Assembly (NCBI RefSeq): GCF_026210795.1
Contig: NC_089431.1
Span: 1,860,001-1,924,000 of the forward strand
DNA length: 64,000 bases
Source: Rhizophagus irregularis
Taxonomy: Eukaryota
Reading direction: 5' to 3'
How positions within the stretch are numbered: the first letter of the stretch is position 1; each line of letters begins with the position of its first letter. The translations under genes were made by a program, and so were the position numbers. Under the pieces are notes generated by a model that was not told the origin of the DNA, searched no databases, and saw nothing but the letters and a program-made list of their open reading frames with translations. This document shows, one piece after another, positions 49,680 through 64,000 of the stretch.

Positions 49680-50184
49680 AAACCTCACGTATGCACTGTC
49701 AGGTGGAAACTCAGGCTCGAAGAGTAGGGTTATTGCGTGAAGCACCCCAGTTTTAGAGAATATCGCTCCTCTCTGTCTACACCCTTTGTGAGCATTCTAC
49801 AGAAACCCACTACGTTACAAACACACCAAAAAAGAAAAGAAATAAAATGAAAACAAAAAAATAAAGTGTAAATAAAAGGGTTAGAAAATCAATGAAACCT
49901 CTCTACACATTCCAAAAAAGACCCATTGGTCTGTGCTCCTGAGTACTGGGCTTAACACAGTCCCTCACTATCGATCATATTTTTGCCAAAATGGTTAGCT
50001 TATCAGTATCACCCAAATCCTTGTCTTTATTCGCAGACAACTTGGCCTCCTTTTGCTTCTTGTTCGATTTAGAATTTGTCTTCTGTGAGTCCTTGAGATC
50101 ACCATCTTGGTTCAGCTTTTGTTGGTGTTCTCTTTTTGGTGGCTTATTTTTAACCTTGTTCAAGGTAAAAAAAAAAAGCATCAT
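49680..50184 (-). mobile_element. Probable non-LTR retrotransposon fragment (basic ORF1-like C-terminus plus structured downstream non-coding region)
   Basis: A Lys-rich peptide ending DKLTILAKI*, followed by GC-richer blocks separated by a T-rich tract. Junctions with the flanking relics are abrupt. The family assignment is inferred. Confidence 0.35.
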
Positions 50185-50189
50185 AGCAA

Positions 50190-51435
50190 GGTCCGCAATC
50201 TCCTATCTATAACCCACACTCGAAGTCTTGTTTATCCATCTTGATGAAGTCACAACCGACAATTTCTTGTTTACGTAAAATTTCGAAATATTTTTCGTTT
50301 AAGAATAAGCCGTCTTGTTTTCGTAAAAAGTCGATTAATTTCGCGGTTAACTTCCTTGGCTAAATTATCTTCGGCAGAAGACTGTGATTCGTGTTGTACG
50401 TTATTGCCTGATGAAAAGAATATTTTTGAAATAGGCCCCAGAGGAAATTACGTGTATATTGGACATTCATATACTATCCAATAAATTCTTACCATAATCG
50501 ATCGTTTCCTGATTTTTGTCTTCCACTCTCGCTTTTTTTGTCAATGTTTCATCATTATCATTATCTGGAGAATGTATCAGACTTCCGCTTCAAAGCTATT
50601 ATTTAGTATATTTATAAAAGTGTAAATTAATAACGATACCTAAAGTAATTTGGAAGTTTAACATACATGGAAATTCGGTCTTACTGCTCCGGTCGCTGCA
50701 CGTATTCCGGTAGTTAAAATCTCACACTAATTGCATCCAATTGAAGAAATATTACATCCGGATTTTGGTATATAGATATTCTCAACGGCCAGCTTTCCTA
50801 GTCTTGTGGAGTATTCGTCTTTTTTGCAGTTCTTTAAAGAGAAAAATATAGTAAATATTACGAATAATTTTATCATAGGCGATGAGAATTTTTGCTATCA
50901 GCCCACTTCAAGCAAAAAAACATTATTGCCTTGTGCGATGAGTTCGCTCAACCTAATTGCAGGACTCTGTTATAAACATGCCAACGGAACTAACTATCAA
51001 GCATAATATTATGTTTCAAATGGACTGAAGGTCCCAGATGCAACATACTTCCCACTTCAGACAAAGAAAATTTGCCTTGCGCGACAAGATCGCTCAACGT
51101 AATTGTGTATCATTTTTCTTGACATTGAGACATGGCTGAAAATCTTTCTAGCTAGAAAAAAAAATACTACCTTTAAAAAACTCTTCAAAACCTCTGCCTT
51201 GTAATAAGCTCGGCTTTTTTGGTGGAAGTGCTTTAATAATAATGTCCAATTCAAGTCCAAGAGAATTATGCGTTTGCGCTCTGGAAACTCCAGGTATACT
51301 ATTATAGTAGATATCCCAGTAACTCATGCTTCCCCAGGCGCATGGTTCGCGTTCCCAGTAATCTATGTAAGTTGAAGTTTAGAAGTTTACCTGCGTGAAG
51401 CTTTTTAAGAATTTCCGAGTCGAGAACTGAGACAT
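50190..51435 (-). pseudogene. Disrupted multi-exon gene of unknown family
   Basis: Coding-like segments (YIDYWEREPCAWGSMSYWDIYY..THNSLGLELDIII; SPDNDNDETLTKKARVED) broken by many stops and frameshifts. Confidence 0.5.
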
Positions 51436-51674
51436 TATCGAATATATTAGAGAAAAAATAAGAGAAAATTTTTCAACACGTTTTTTTAAACCTGTCTAAT
51501 CATGATCACGTGCCATCAAGAATTATAATTTTATCATGCAATTGAGCCATGTTTTCCGTTTGCCAGGCATGCTGAAAAAGTCTTGATAGAGTCTCTTACA
51601 AACATATCATCGAAGAAAAGTTCAATTTAAACATAAAATTACATGCACCGTAAGTAATTTATTATAGGAGATCG

Positions 51675-51780
51675 AAGCTTGATCAACGAACTCCTTAATT
51701 TTTGTCCGGTTTTTCGTCGTACCATACTTCAAGAAATTATCTTGACAAATGCATCTCTTTTGCTGATCACGATTAACGAT
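51675..51780 (-). pseudogene. Short relic paralogous to the 3' end of the 35590-36100 nuclease-like gene
   Basis: GCTTGATCAACGAACTCCTTAATTTTT..CCGGTTTT..CCATAC.TCAAGAA..GACAAATGCATC..TTTTGC matches 35615-35750 with deletions. Confidence 0.7.
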
Positions 51781-52291
51781 GACCCAAGTCTTGTTTAAAC
51801 TGAAATGTTAAAATTGATCTATACATCATTTAATAGATTTTTTAAAAATATTTGATCGCGTCACAAGATCCTGTGTAAAATATAGTTACGTAATGAAATA
51901 GCATTAACGAATTATTTTTGTATTGTGGGAATTTGGTATAATGCGGTAAAATATAGGAAAATCAACACATTTGTAAAAAACTCATGCAATCTTTTGATAA
52001 AATCTTATAATAGAAAATTTGCTTATTTGAAAAAAATTTCATGAGATTGCTTTTATGTTAAAATTTATCTTGCAAAAAAATCTTCGTTGGTACTAAAAAA
52101 AAAAGTTCGATTTATTTAAAGATTCGTTAGATTCGTTGTATTGTGAGATTCGTTATATCAAAATTCGGCTATAAAAAGGGTTCTATCCAATCAAATTTAA
52201 TGTCTATGAATGTTCATTGACACTATAAAATACGTTTCTCATTTTCAAATTTTCATACAAAAGTTTTTTTCTTGCTTTTGTTTAAAAAAAT

Positions 52292-53339
52292 ATGAGAATA
52301 TCAAATAGATGGACTTTAGAAATCCTAGTGAACAAAAGACCGCTTAAGGAATACGAAATTCCTGATTCAGTTCTTGGAGTAAGATATTATTATTAGTTTT
52401 TTCTTATTCTTTCTTTTTTTTTTTGTATTTCTCAACAATTATTTTACAATAGATCAGCGCATCTAGCGCTTTGAAATCATACGTGGTCGAAGGAAGACGG
52501 AAAAAATTTTGGTATATAAAATTTAAAAAAATTTTTGTTATATTCTAAATAAAATTAATTAATAACCTTTTTTTTATTATTTTCTTAGTAACTCGGCTAC
52601 ATTTGTTGCAGTTCCATCACTTGGAACATATTACAATATAAAAATTTCTCCAGGTACAACACATGAAATCGCTGCTAGAGTCTTTGTGGACGGATCAAGT
52701 GACGGTTTTTTTACAAATAAATGTAATTCATCATTCATAATGAAAGGATTTTATAACAGAAATGCCACTATGATGTACAATTTTTTTTTCGAAAAAACTA
52801 ATTGGATTGAAACGGATAATGTACAAAACGCTGAATTTGGTGGTTATGGTGCAATATCTGTCTATTTTTATAAAATTAAACATATTTACGAAACTTCTTT
52901 GGAATATAATTCCGACAAGACGTTTGAAGAGGTTAAAGTTCCTGAAGCTAAAAAGAGCTTTGACGTGGCTTTAACTACAAAATTTTCTAATGGAATCGAA
53001 TCTCACTGTTCAGGACCATGGGAAATGATTATAACAGAAAATGATCCATTAGCTGTACTTCATATAAATTATCGTTCAGTTGATTGGTTTTACATCAAAG
53101 GAATTTCAATTCAGGAAAATTCGATGCAAGTTGCTATTGCATCTACTTCTAATAAAAACCTCACTACTACTGTGGATACTAAAAATGAAGTCATTCCTAA
53201 GGAAACAAGTGATACTGAAGATAAAACTTCAATTGATAAGACAGTTAAAAAGAATAGAAGGAGAAAACGATATCAGGAAATTATCGTGCTACTGGATTCC
53301 GATGATGATGATACACGTGAAGTGATGGAGTTGGATTAA
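52292..53339 (+). CDS. Uncharacterised fungal protein (resembles DUF7918-type proteins); exons 52292-52378, 52453-52511, 52589-53339
   Basis: Spliced MRISNRWTLEILVNKRPLKEYEIP..|..|CNSATFVAVP..ARVFVDG..GAISVYFY..PLAVLHINYRS. A basic NLS-like RRRKR and an acidic tail follow. Introns are GT-AG and in frame. Confidence 0.8.
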
Positions 53340-56300
53340 CAAACTATAATAAATATTTAAAAATTGTAATTAGTAATAGAGTATATCAAATATTATTTTT
53401 TTTTGTCTGTCACATTCTCATATTAATAATATTTCTGTACGAGATTACCGTCGTTATGCGAATTTTTCTTGATATTGCTTATTTTATAGATTTGAACTTT
53501 GAGGTCGACTAATAAGATTAAAATAAACGATCATTAAGAAAAAATTCTCGCGAATTTTATCACTTAGTCAATCATGTAGTCTCACTATAGTCAATTTGAT
53601 TATATGCGAATAAAGAATTAAAAATAAAATACGCTTACTTTTACACATAAATAATCATAATTTATTTTTTTTTGAGAGGATTATTTTTTAGTCATAATCG
53701 AGAGTCTTCAATGATTTTTAAATGTATCACTAATAAAAAAAAAAAACTTCTTGCCAGTATTTATATACGGATATTGTAAAGAATAGATCGCTATATACAG
53801 TATATTAATGTAATTTTCTCATAAATTATTCGGTTTATATAAATCATATAATTATGAGGTTAGGGTCAGGTAAGTGGTTCTTTTACCTGTCTTGTAAAAA
53901 TAAATGAAGAACCTTTTCGTCAAAAAATATCAATCGAAGAAAAAAAATCTCTACAAAGAATAAGATATGCTGAAAATATTGACATTTTTCCATTCATAGA
54001 TCGCGTGTTAGATATTAAAGAAAGTAGGGCTGATGAGACATATTATACGAGTGTTATACGGGTCGCCATAGAACAGTCATTGCAGTGACATTTTGTACAT
54101 TTGATTTTCATAATTTCATTCTACGCAGTGCATCAGAAGTTTGGTGCAATATCATAAGTACGACATACTTGTTATCATAATGCGGTAAGAGATTAATTCA
54201 TAGTAACTTTTTTGGATATATGGTGGAATAAGAATAGAACATAATGGTAAAAGGAATTTGGATATATTCAGAAAATTCAGAAATACAAATGGTTTATAGT
54301 GATCAGCTAGATAGGCATAATGACGGAATATATAGGTCTTTGGAGTAACAGGAAGGAGCTCCCATTTTAGGTTAGGACTCGAGATGCTTCATCCCTTTAA
54401 ATGTTCGCTAATTCAGTCTATTTTACTTTTAAAATTTTTTACGCATGAAAATTGTAGTTAAGGGTTAGTAAAAATTATTAGATTCTCCGCAAATAACCGA
54501 CTTTGAATCACGCCAAAATATTCCAACTCAATTAATTTATCACGCGTGAATAGAAAACTAGAAGTCAATGCAAGTATCACCTTATTGATGATCAATCATA
54601 AAACTTATCACATCATAACAAACAATAAGTCACTCTTTTCTTTTATTAAATAGGATAAATAATATGCTTTTAATGATGCATACAGCTCTAAGTTTGTCTG
54701 ACTTTGTTTCTTTTCTAAACATAGCAACAAATAGAGACGATAGAAAATTTCAAATGTTTCTATATTCTTAACAATATCAATCGAAGTCTTATTTCTATTG
54801 CTCAAAGCTAAACGCTTTGAACCGAACCAACGCCCTCCTGAAGCGAATCAACACAACAACTCGGATCCATCGATAATAATGTATTGAAGATATACAAATT
54901 TTTACACAACCAAAGATTGTCATTATGCTGTACAATTTTACCTGCTATTCAAGTATTAATAATACTTTATGATGGCTTTCTTGTTATTATTATAATTAAA
55001 CAAAAAGCGATATAATCTCTACGATCATTCATTAAATGTTCCAAAAGACATACTATAATATGATAAATTATGTCACATTTTTATATAAAAATGAATATCA
55101 AATAATGAAACTTGAGAATTCACAAGCAAAATATGGAAGACTATTAAATGCAATTCCGTTGTTCAGGTAAGTATTTTCAAGAATTGTATATCGGAGATTT
55201 ATCAAGCTAAAAAAAAAAATACATGCTTTTTTTCGATTTATTATTTATACCACATCTGTCCCAGTACTTCGAATATAGAATTTCATACATTACGGATAGT
55301 TTTATTCTACGTTACAAAGATTCAAAAAATTGCAACATATAAATGATAGAAATCTCAAGAGAATTCTTACTTAATTGGTAATGGAAATTAAATATTTCTC
55401 TGTTATTTAATTCAAGATTTAAATGGTACTGAAAATTTTTATATACGCAATGGCCAAAGAAATAATTAATTATATTTATAGGTTTAGCGTTAGTATATCT
55501 GTCTACATATTTTAGAAATATATAAAATTTTTCGAAAGGCCGGTTTTCTGTATTACCCGATTTTTCCCGAACAATTAATTTGCGGCAAATCAGTGGCTTA
55601 TTACAAATTTTGGTTAACATTAACTTGATAAACAAAAACAAATGAATTTTTAATTGAGTTTCAACTTGCGAATTATTTGAAGTGAATTGTATGAACAAAC
55701 ATTATTTTATACAAAATTGGATCTTGATGTTCAAAATATTATATTTTTGGTCCCCCTTTTTAATAAGGAAAAATAATATATATTTATATATAATATTTTT
55801 ATTTTTACGCGCAATTAATCTAATGATAAGGAATTAAATGTGAAATCTAAAAGAATTGGCAAAACTTGTTTAAAAGATGAAAATTTTTTTGATAATTTAA
55901 AAAACAGATTATCTTTAATAATAATAAGGCTGAACTCATCATTTATTTTACGCCTTTCCCATTTTAATATTAATTTTGTTTACTACTAAAGGATTAATAC
56001 CTTATAAATGTAACATAGCGCAGAAAGAATAACACGTACAAGATACAAAGTTTTTCTTTGTTCAACATAAAAACCTCATTGTTTGTTTATTTTTGTTTTT
56101 GATTTACTTCCAAGAATTTGTAATTTTTCTCTCGGAAATTTATTTAAGCCGCTTTGTCCGTTTGTCGCGCTTTGCTAATAACCCTGAATTTGCACAACTT
56201 ATTATGATCGGACACGTAGAATGACGACAAATATAATTTATCTTAATTAGGGATTATAAGAAGACGTTTTTGGAAGACAGAAAAAGAAGGTATACATAAA

Positions 56301-56958
56301 AACAAAACCAATAAAATTCCTGTTTCTTTAAATATCACAAAAAACAAATGAAGACCCATAAATATTTTCTTTTTTTTTAACAAAACATTTTTTTGGTGAC
56401 ACAACTCTTTGAATGATGAAAGTAAAAGAATGATTTTTAGTATTGTAATACATTTAAATGAAAGATAAACACGGAGTTAAAAAAAAAAGATTTAAATACG
56501 ATGATTCATTGATGATGTTAGCGGTTGAAATCGATTTTTATGCTTCTCTTATTCAACTATATTGGGAAGGAATTAAAAGAACAAAAGGTTATTTTTACTA
56601 TATTATTGTGATTAAATTGGTATGGATTGATTTTAAAAAATTCATGACATTCTATCAGTTATATAAGTTATATAAATTACCTCTTACACGTGACTATTAT
56701 GACGTAAATAATCACAAATAGAACTCTATTTATATTATCACATTCATTTCTTCCATATAGTCACTTTTTCGGATTTTTTTAACAGCTCTGATAGTTATAT
56801 ATATAGAGGTCCGATTCGGAGAAATCATTTTACAATCCGGATTATTTGATTTCTTTGTGTGACCTGACATAATATTTATTTGATAAGGTTTTTGATAAAA
56901 CTTTTTCTCTCTTTCAAAAACTGTAAAAACTGATTCAAAAAAAAAAACGATTTTAATT

Positions 56959-58683
56959 ATGGAAAAAAAACGAAATGAAACTTTACCTAATCTCGCAACG
57001 GAAACTATAGTTCAAATTTTCAAGGATTTGGATTTTCATAGCTTACATTCTTGTGCGCTTGTTAATCGATATCTATGTCAAGTTGCAATTCCAATGTTAT
57101 GGATGGAACCATTCGAAAACATTTATAAAGAGACCATACCTTTAACGGGAGGAAGAAGTTTAAAAAATATGTATTTAACAAAATCCATTAAAAAGTTATC
57201 GCTCCTTGTTGATACTTATATTAATTGTTTACCTGAAGAATCCAAATTTAAATTAACGAATGCTGGAATTGTGGGTTTTTATAAAACAAAATATCCAAAT
57301 TACGATTATCCGAGTTTTTTGCAAAGTTTAGATATTATAAGTTTATTCTTAGGTTGCCGTGCTTGGTTAGGTATAAGATTTAAATATAAACTTGCATCTT
57401 CAGTAGAAACCAGTTTACTTTTACATCAAATTAGGATACTATTTTTTGAATTATGTAAACTTTTTATGAGTCAAAGTATGGATATTAAGGGATTATATTT
57501 GATAAATAAGAAATTTTCAGAAGAATTGGAATGTGGAGAAAAGTGTGACGATCATTGTTTAAAAAATTGTCTTATTAATCGTGTTATCAATCCAATCGTC
57601 AATCAAATACCTGATTTACCTGGAGCTTCAAAATGTTTAACTAAATTGGAATGTTTAGGAACCGATGATAATACTCCCATAGAATTTCTTCAAAAAATTT
57701 CTTATTCATGTAAAGAAATAAAAAATTTAATTTTTGCTCCTGGATTTGTTAATATTGATGATAAAATATCAATCCTTTCCTCACAAAATCATTTGAAATA
57801 TTTAATCTTACAAGGATATTTGTATGATTATTCTCCTGAAACACGACAAGTTTTTGAAAAGATTTTCAAATATCTTGAATGGTTAACTATCGACGGAAGA
57901 TATATATTACCAATTAAAAAGTTGAATTCTTTTGAAAATCTTGTCGCTTTGGAAGTAGTTAGTAAATATCAATGTTATAATCAAAGTTATGATATTTTTA
58001 AACTTTTAGCGGATGTGGAATTTCCGAAATTACAATATCTTCTTGTTGACATAGGAATTTCATATTTTAAATTATGGTCATTAATAATTTCAAAAACAAC
58101 AAATTTAAAAAAAATTGTTTTACATTGGAATCATCGTTTGGTTCAAGATTATGTCGGTTTTGTTGATTTAACTTCAAGTATCATAAATCATTGTCCAAAT
58201 CTTATCATTTTGAAGATGAATTGGATTAATAATTATAGTGAATCTATTAATTATTTATTGGAAATTTTTAAACATTGTGTTAAATTGGAATATTTTGGAA
58301 TTCTTAATAGTGGAATATTCGACGAAGATTATTATTTACCATTATTAGGAAATAATTTACCTCCAAATTTAAGAGTATTAAAACATTTGAATGTTCCAAT
58401 TTATTATTCTGTTGAATCTTTGGAATTATTCTTTAGGAGTGCATCAAATAGATTGAACGCTCCTTTGAATATTGATTTAAATTTGTTTCCAGGTCACGAA
58501 CATTCAAAGATTGCTCAAGATTATTTCTTTACTGGTTTAACCAACCCTGCTTTTACAAAATTTGATTATGATAAAAGACTTGATTATTACCGGTGCAATT
58601 TAAGGTATTTTATATTATTATTTATGATTGATTACAAGATTTGTTTTATTCTTAATTAATTTTTCAATTATAGATATATCTAG
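56959..58683 (+). CDS. F-box-like/LRR protein; probable terminal intron 58605-58673
   Basis: LPNLATETIVQIFKDL..LHSCALVNRYLCQVAIPMLWMEPF, YDYPSFLQSLD and LRR-like repeats (CPNLIIL). Confidence 0.88.
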
Positions 58684-59474
58684 ATTATTCGCACGTTAAC
58701 TCTTTAGTTTCGATCGAATATATCATAACGAACTTTGAATTATTCCTTTCAATTCAAAATGATAATCCACTTTGAATTGAAGCGACATGCAATGCAAGCG
58801 CTTTGAGCCCGATTTTAACAAAATTGGGTGAATTTTGGTGTGAGATAAAATTAATAAAATGTAATTCATTTAAAATTCTCACAAATTTAATCGCTTGAAA
58901 CAAGTAGGAGCGAACCCCTTAACCCAATTTCTATTATTTGTATTATGTCACATGATATTAGCACAAATATTAGTAATGATAAAAATTGACACATTATTGT
59001 AATACAATTTAAGTATTAGTACAGATAGCTCGCGTAACCATATTAGCACGTGATATCTATAATAAATTTCCACTTTTATATAAAAAAAAATAATAAATAG
59101 TGCGGAGACTTACCAAAAAAAAAAAATAATTTTTTCTCTTTCTCTCTCCTTTTTTTTTTGATCAGCTTATATTAAATATTTCTCATTTCTTTAATGTTAT
59201 CGAAAAGTGCCAGAAAAATTGAGAAATTATCTAAACTAAATATAACGATAGTTGTTACGCTTATATAATTGTTATTAAGTTAATCAAAGGATTATCTGAA
59301 AATCTCAAACAACATTTCTCATTTTTTTTTCTCCGAAACGTATCGTCAAATCTTTTTTTAAATAATATATATATTTTTTTAATTTTAGATTTAACTTTGT
59401 TGTAGCACGAACTTTTTTTTAATTATTACACCAAAATATTTTGATCGACGTTAGCATATCGGTAAGATATAAAA

Positions 59475-61780
59475 ATGGAACAATCGGAAAATATTTTGCC
59501 ATACGGTATTTATCTTCTTAATTTTTTTATTTTATTTTTTATATATTTTTTTTTATTTGAAATTGTTAATAAATTTTATTTATTTTGGAATAGAAATTAA
59601 GGTGGTTGGTGAAGATAAAAAATGTTTAAAATCAACTTTAAAAAACTCAACAGATTCAACAACTTTTGAAAAGCTTAATTCATCATTATTGCCAAAAATA
59701 TACACCTTAACCTTAGCCGAATCTAAAAGGTCGATGGCAGAATCGTCCATTTTAGATGGACCTGATATAAATAATAATAAAATGGTTGAGCAGGTCGATA
59801 CTTTAATGGAGAACGTCGAAACACGATTATTAAACCAATCTGTATCAAATGACACAGTTATACATGAACAAACAAGCCTAGAGAAATTTCAACCTCAGAA
59901 TGCTAATTATGTACAACTTAAAAATGATATTCAAGATCTGGAACGACAACCTCCGATGGTTGAAATGTTAGTAGGGCAAACTGATGTGTCAACATTAACA
60001 GATACGTCTATTCAAGTAATGCAACATGATACAAGAGATTTTGAAACTGGAATTGAATATGAAAAGATTCCTCCAATTCGATTTCTTTCAACCGAAACTC
60101 TTATAAAGATTTTCAAGTTTCTTTGTTATGAAGATTTGTCTAGTTGTATTCTCGTAAATAAATCATGGTGGTATGCTGCTATTCACGTTCTTTGGTCAGA
60201 ACCGTTTGAATTCATATTTGAAGGAGATTTTAAATCAGAGACAAAACAGGAAAAGATCTTTTCTTTAATGCGGGTCTATGTTAGCTGTTTTAAGGATGAT
60301 GTAAAGAATAAATTGTTAGAATCTGGAATTTCACTTCCAAGTGAATATTTTTTAAGACCGGCTTACAATTATGCATCATTTTTACAAAATCTGGATGTTG
60401 GATTTTTATATTCTGCTTGTCGTGAATGGAGACAATGGCTTTGTCGACAAGAAGGACAAAGTTTCACTCAAATTATGAGTGATACTGTAAAATACCAACA
60501 ATTTTTGGTATACAGAGAAATATTCAAAATGTTTGTAAGAACATCACGAGCTATTAAAAAATTTTATTTGGATGAATTGGAATATTCTGGTTTCCAATGT
60601 TTTGACCTTCTTTCTATGGATTCCGAATTACAATATTTGACCTCTCTTCCAGGTGCTACCAATTGCTTTCCAGAATTAACATATTTTAGCTGTGATGGAT
60701 GCGTGCCACGTGAACTTGTCAGATGTTTGTCCGAAATATGCCACAATATTGAACATCTGAGTTTTCATGGGTGTGTTAATATGGGAGGACTTTCTGGCAT
60801 TTTCCCTTTAATTTTATCCCAAAAAAAATTGCGACATTTAACTCTCATAGGCAATATGGGTTATTGCAAAACTCCCGAGTTAACTATCGTATCAGAGGCT
60901 ATTAAAAATATTGAGCATTTAACATTGGTCGGAACGGTTCACTTGGAGATGGGACTCTTTACTAATTGTCACAATATAAAATATTTGGAATTATATGACG
61001 AAAACATGGATTCAAATACTTGCAGGGTTCTTAACTTTATTGATGCATCATCAGTAAAGATCGAACGAATAACTTTGCGAATTTTCTATATAGATCAGTT
61101 CGTCAATAAATTAGTAGAGATTATCAAAAATTCAAATACGAGTCTACAAATGGTTGATATTGAATGGCGCATTCAAAGCAACGAATGTATTAGCGGTACT
61201 AATCGTATACTGCGCAATATAGCATTATGTTGCCCAAATCTTCTTATACTTAAGGTTCCAATTTTGTTATATTATAACCAAGAAGCCTTTGATTTATTTA
61301 CAAAAGTTTTACACGCATGTCAAGAATTAATTTATTTGGGAATTACTGGACCTTCAATTTTCAGATATCAAAACTACTTGCTCGAATTTGGTTCTGATTT
61401 GCCACCTAAATTAGAATTCCTTTATTACGATACAATTCCTAAATATTGTGAAGAGAGTGTACTTTGTGAATTTTTCAGTAATATAGTAAAAAATCTTGGT
61501 AAAGCTATTTCTATCGAATGGAATCCATTTAATCAAGAATATCACAATAGAATAATTAAAGAATACGCCGATAGTGGAAATGTCATTTTAAAGAAATTGA
61601 ATGAAGAAAGTGTATTCTCATATGTTGGATTTGAACAGTTTTATTACAGAAAGAGGTAATTTCTTATTATCTATGAATTTTTTTTTCACAATTTAATTAT
61701 TTAATTTACTGATTATTTTTTTTTAAAAAAAAAGTTTACGCGGAAAATTCAATTTACATCCAACGAAATTAGATAATTAA
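59475..61780 (+). CDS. F-box-like/LRR protein, tandem paralogue of 56959; exon 1 59475-59505, main exon from 59594, possible last exon 61735-61780 (otherwise stop at 61659)
   Basis: LSTETLIKIFKFL..LSSCILVNKSWWYAAIHVLWSEPF, YNYASFLQNLD, LPGATNC and CPNLLIL are shared with the neighbour. The short first exon MEQSENILPY splices in frame. Confidence 0.88.
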
Positions 61781-64000
61781 ATGGTTCGATACATAGAAAG
61801 AAATTGTCATCACGTTGTAAAATTTATCCTAATAAAAGATTATTCCTTGTAAACAAGGTTTTATGTTGAATTTCCACTTTGATAATTGAAAATTACTATA
61901 TGACAACTATATGTTCATATAAGTTCATTGTAAGAATGAATAATGGTTTTTTTTACGTATAAATTTGTAGTTATATTTTGTATACAAAGTTATAAAAAAT
62001 TTCATAGTTGATTTTCTATTCAAATCTGTCCAATCATTTGCTAAATTGATTAATAAAAGAAAAATCCAATATGTAAGTCTAATATGTTTAAATAATTAGG
62101 TATCTTGCTATTTTTATTATTTTCATTTTTCAAAAGTGATGCTAATTCATGATTTACAATCGTCAACTATAGTGACGATAACTTTGGCTCTATATTCCTA
62201 GCGATAAATACAATCTGTTTTGTGATAATACGCGCACAACATTTTGATTTTCTATTTAATTACCTGTAAATTTATATTTCGAGAATACATCTGTCTCAAA
62301 GGGATTCTTAGAATGAAACCTAATTGCCTCTGAAGTTCGTTCATTATCTGGCCAAAAATCTATATGAAGGAAACGATATCTTACATATTTAAGTAACGTT
62401 CTTATCGAGGAAGAATAGAAATGTTCTTTGATTCAACAGGTGTGACTTATTTACTTCTGAGTGATATCTGCACAAACTGCAAGGGGTATCGTCCTCTGTG
62501 GTTTGGGGTATCGTTCCTCAGCGCAGTCAGTGATAGCAAGTGACTAGGTCATTGGTCATGTGTCATTTGGGTCATTTCAAGGTTAATTTGAAAATTAAAT
62601 CATAATTTTGCCGAAATTATTTACACAAAATTTTCGTTAGATGAAATTTGTCACGTGACATTATAAATTTATTAAGTTTAAATGACTCATTTGCCATCAC
62701 TGTTAAATAAATAAAGTGAGCGCTGTATATAAGACCATATGAAGTATAATGGATGCACCACCTTCTCAATTGATATTTACTGACTGCCTTTTATTTCTGA
62801 TTTTAGAACGTCCGTGGAATAATATAATATGTAAATATTATATAAATACGCAACAATTTATAACTTATTAGCTACCAAATAATTTTTTAAATAAAGAATT
62901 TAGCTAATTTAAATAATATTTACATTTTATTGGATAGGGATATCGGTCTTTGACCGATATTTTTTACCTATCCGATAATTATAAATATGAAATAGTTATT
63001 GTTACGTGATAGGTACTGTAATGTGAAATGCTCGAATATGAACAAAATAGTTCCGGATACCAATAATTTGCGCACATAATATTTGTTTTGCTTTTTCTCT
63101 TCCAATTCACCTCATTTAATAAACCATTTTATAGTAAAAAATATATGTACATGGATGATAAGATGTTGAAGTGGGCGACAAGAATGCTTCGATTTGTATT
63201 GAAGATCAAGTTCTTCAATTAAAGTATGCAATAAGAATTTTATTTGAAATTTAATATATAATATACTGTAGAATTTCAGAAATAAAGTCCGGTATATAAG
63301 AGAATATATAAATATCAGTAATTTTGATAAACAAGATACTTTAAAATTTTGATTGGGATTGTTAGTATTATTTTTAAATTATTTCCGATACATTAATACA
63401 ACATAATATTGTCCACAAACGATGTAAGTAATATAATAATCTTTAATGTTCACTGGAAGATTGGAAGCAAATGTTATTTCCAATTCCAACAAGATAATTG
63501 AAAATTCCTAATGCACATATTGTAGTTATAAATAAATGTATATGTAAAATAATACGTGCTGAAAAATATTGAATAAAAAGTATTTTAATGTACACATCTG
63601 CTGGTTGGGTGGGTGAATACAATTTTTCGATGGTATTTATATGACATATGAATTCATTATTAAATAAAGTCACACTACGTTAAAAAAATAAAATAAGAAT
63701 TCAATGAAAGTTTCCATAGATCAAACTTTCAAAACTGAGCAAAACTATAATTATGAAATCTGAAACCTCTGAAATCCTGTACCTAAAAGCGCAGTTTGTT
63801 TAAATATCAAACTGATTTTTGCAGATATCGGAAATATCATATTCTTCCAAAGTAAGTTTTCCCCCATAAATATATCTAAGATAAAAAACGTACGTATGAA
63901 TAATTTTAATCGCTCGGTTTACGGTATTTATCTTTTAATTTAATTTTTTCTTATTGACAAGCTGCAACAACGTACTGTACATTGGTAAAAGATAAATTTT

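Noticed and set aside
50401..50485. CTGATGA..GAAA hammerhead-like core
   Set aside because: Stem II is weak and AU-only, stems I/III mismatch, and it lies in a decayed coding region. Likely chance.
54028..54070. Hammerhead-like CTGATGAGAC...GTCG
   Set aside because: The required GAAA core is missing (GTCGCCA) and there are no convincing stems I/III.

Overview
Very AT-rich, intron-containing eukaryotic DNA. The gene families suggest an arbuscular mycorrhizal fungus (Glomeromycota); this is inferred, not proven. The left arm (1-30 kb) holds a QDE-1-like RNA-dependent RNA polymerase, a 10-exon peroxisomal acyl-CoA oxidase, an ADP-ribosyltransferase-fold pseudogene and an F-box/LRR gene. It also holds a small heat-shock-like gene missed by the ORF track, a 69-aa micro-protein, a C2H2 zinc-finger gene, an MLKL-like N-terminal/pseudokinase/Sel1 gene and a MATA-type HMG-box gene. 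The centre (31-52 kb) is a repeat island: a ~143-bp satellite, three decayed nuclease-fold pseudogenes, many MITEs with clear TIRs/TSDs, a 4-kb pogo/Tigger transposon and C-to-T-eroded relics. The right arm holds an uncharacterised fungal gene and two tandem F-box/LRR paralogues. The most unusual signal is inside the pogo element, antisense to the transposase: a tandem array in which each unit is a complete consensus spliceosomal intron plus a 20-34 nt micro-exon, with no open frame after splicing. A second, decayed copy of this module lies about 3.5 kb away.
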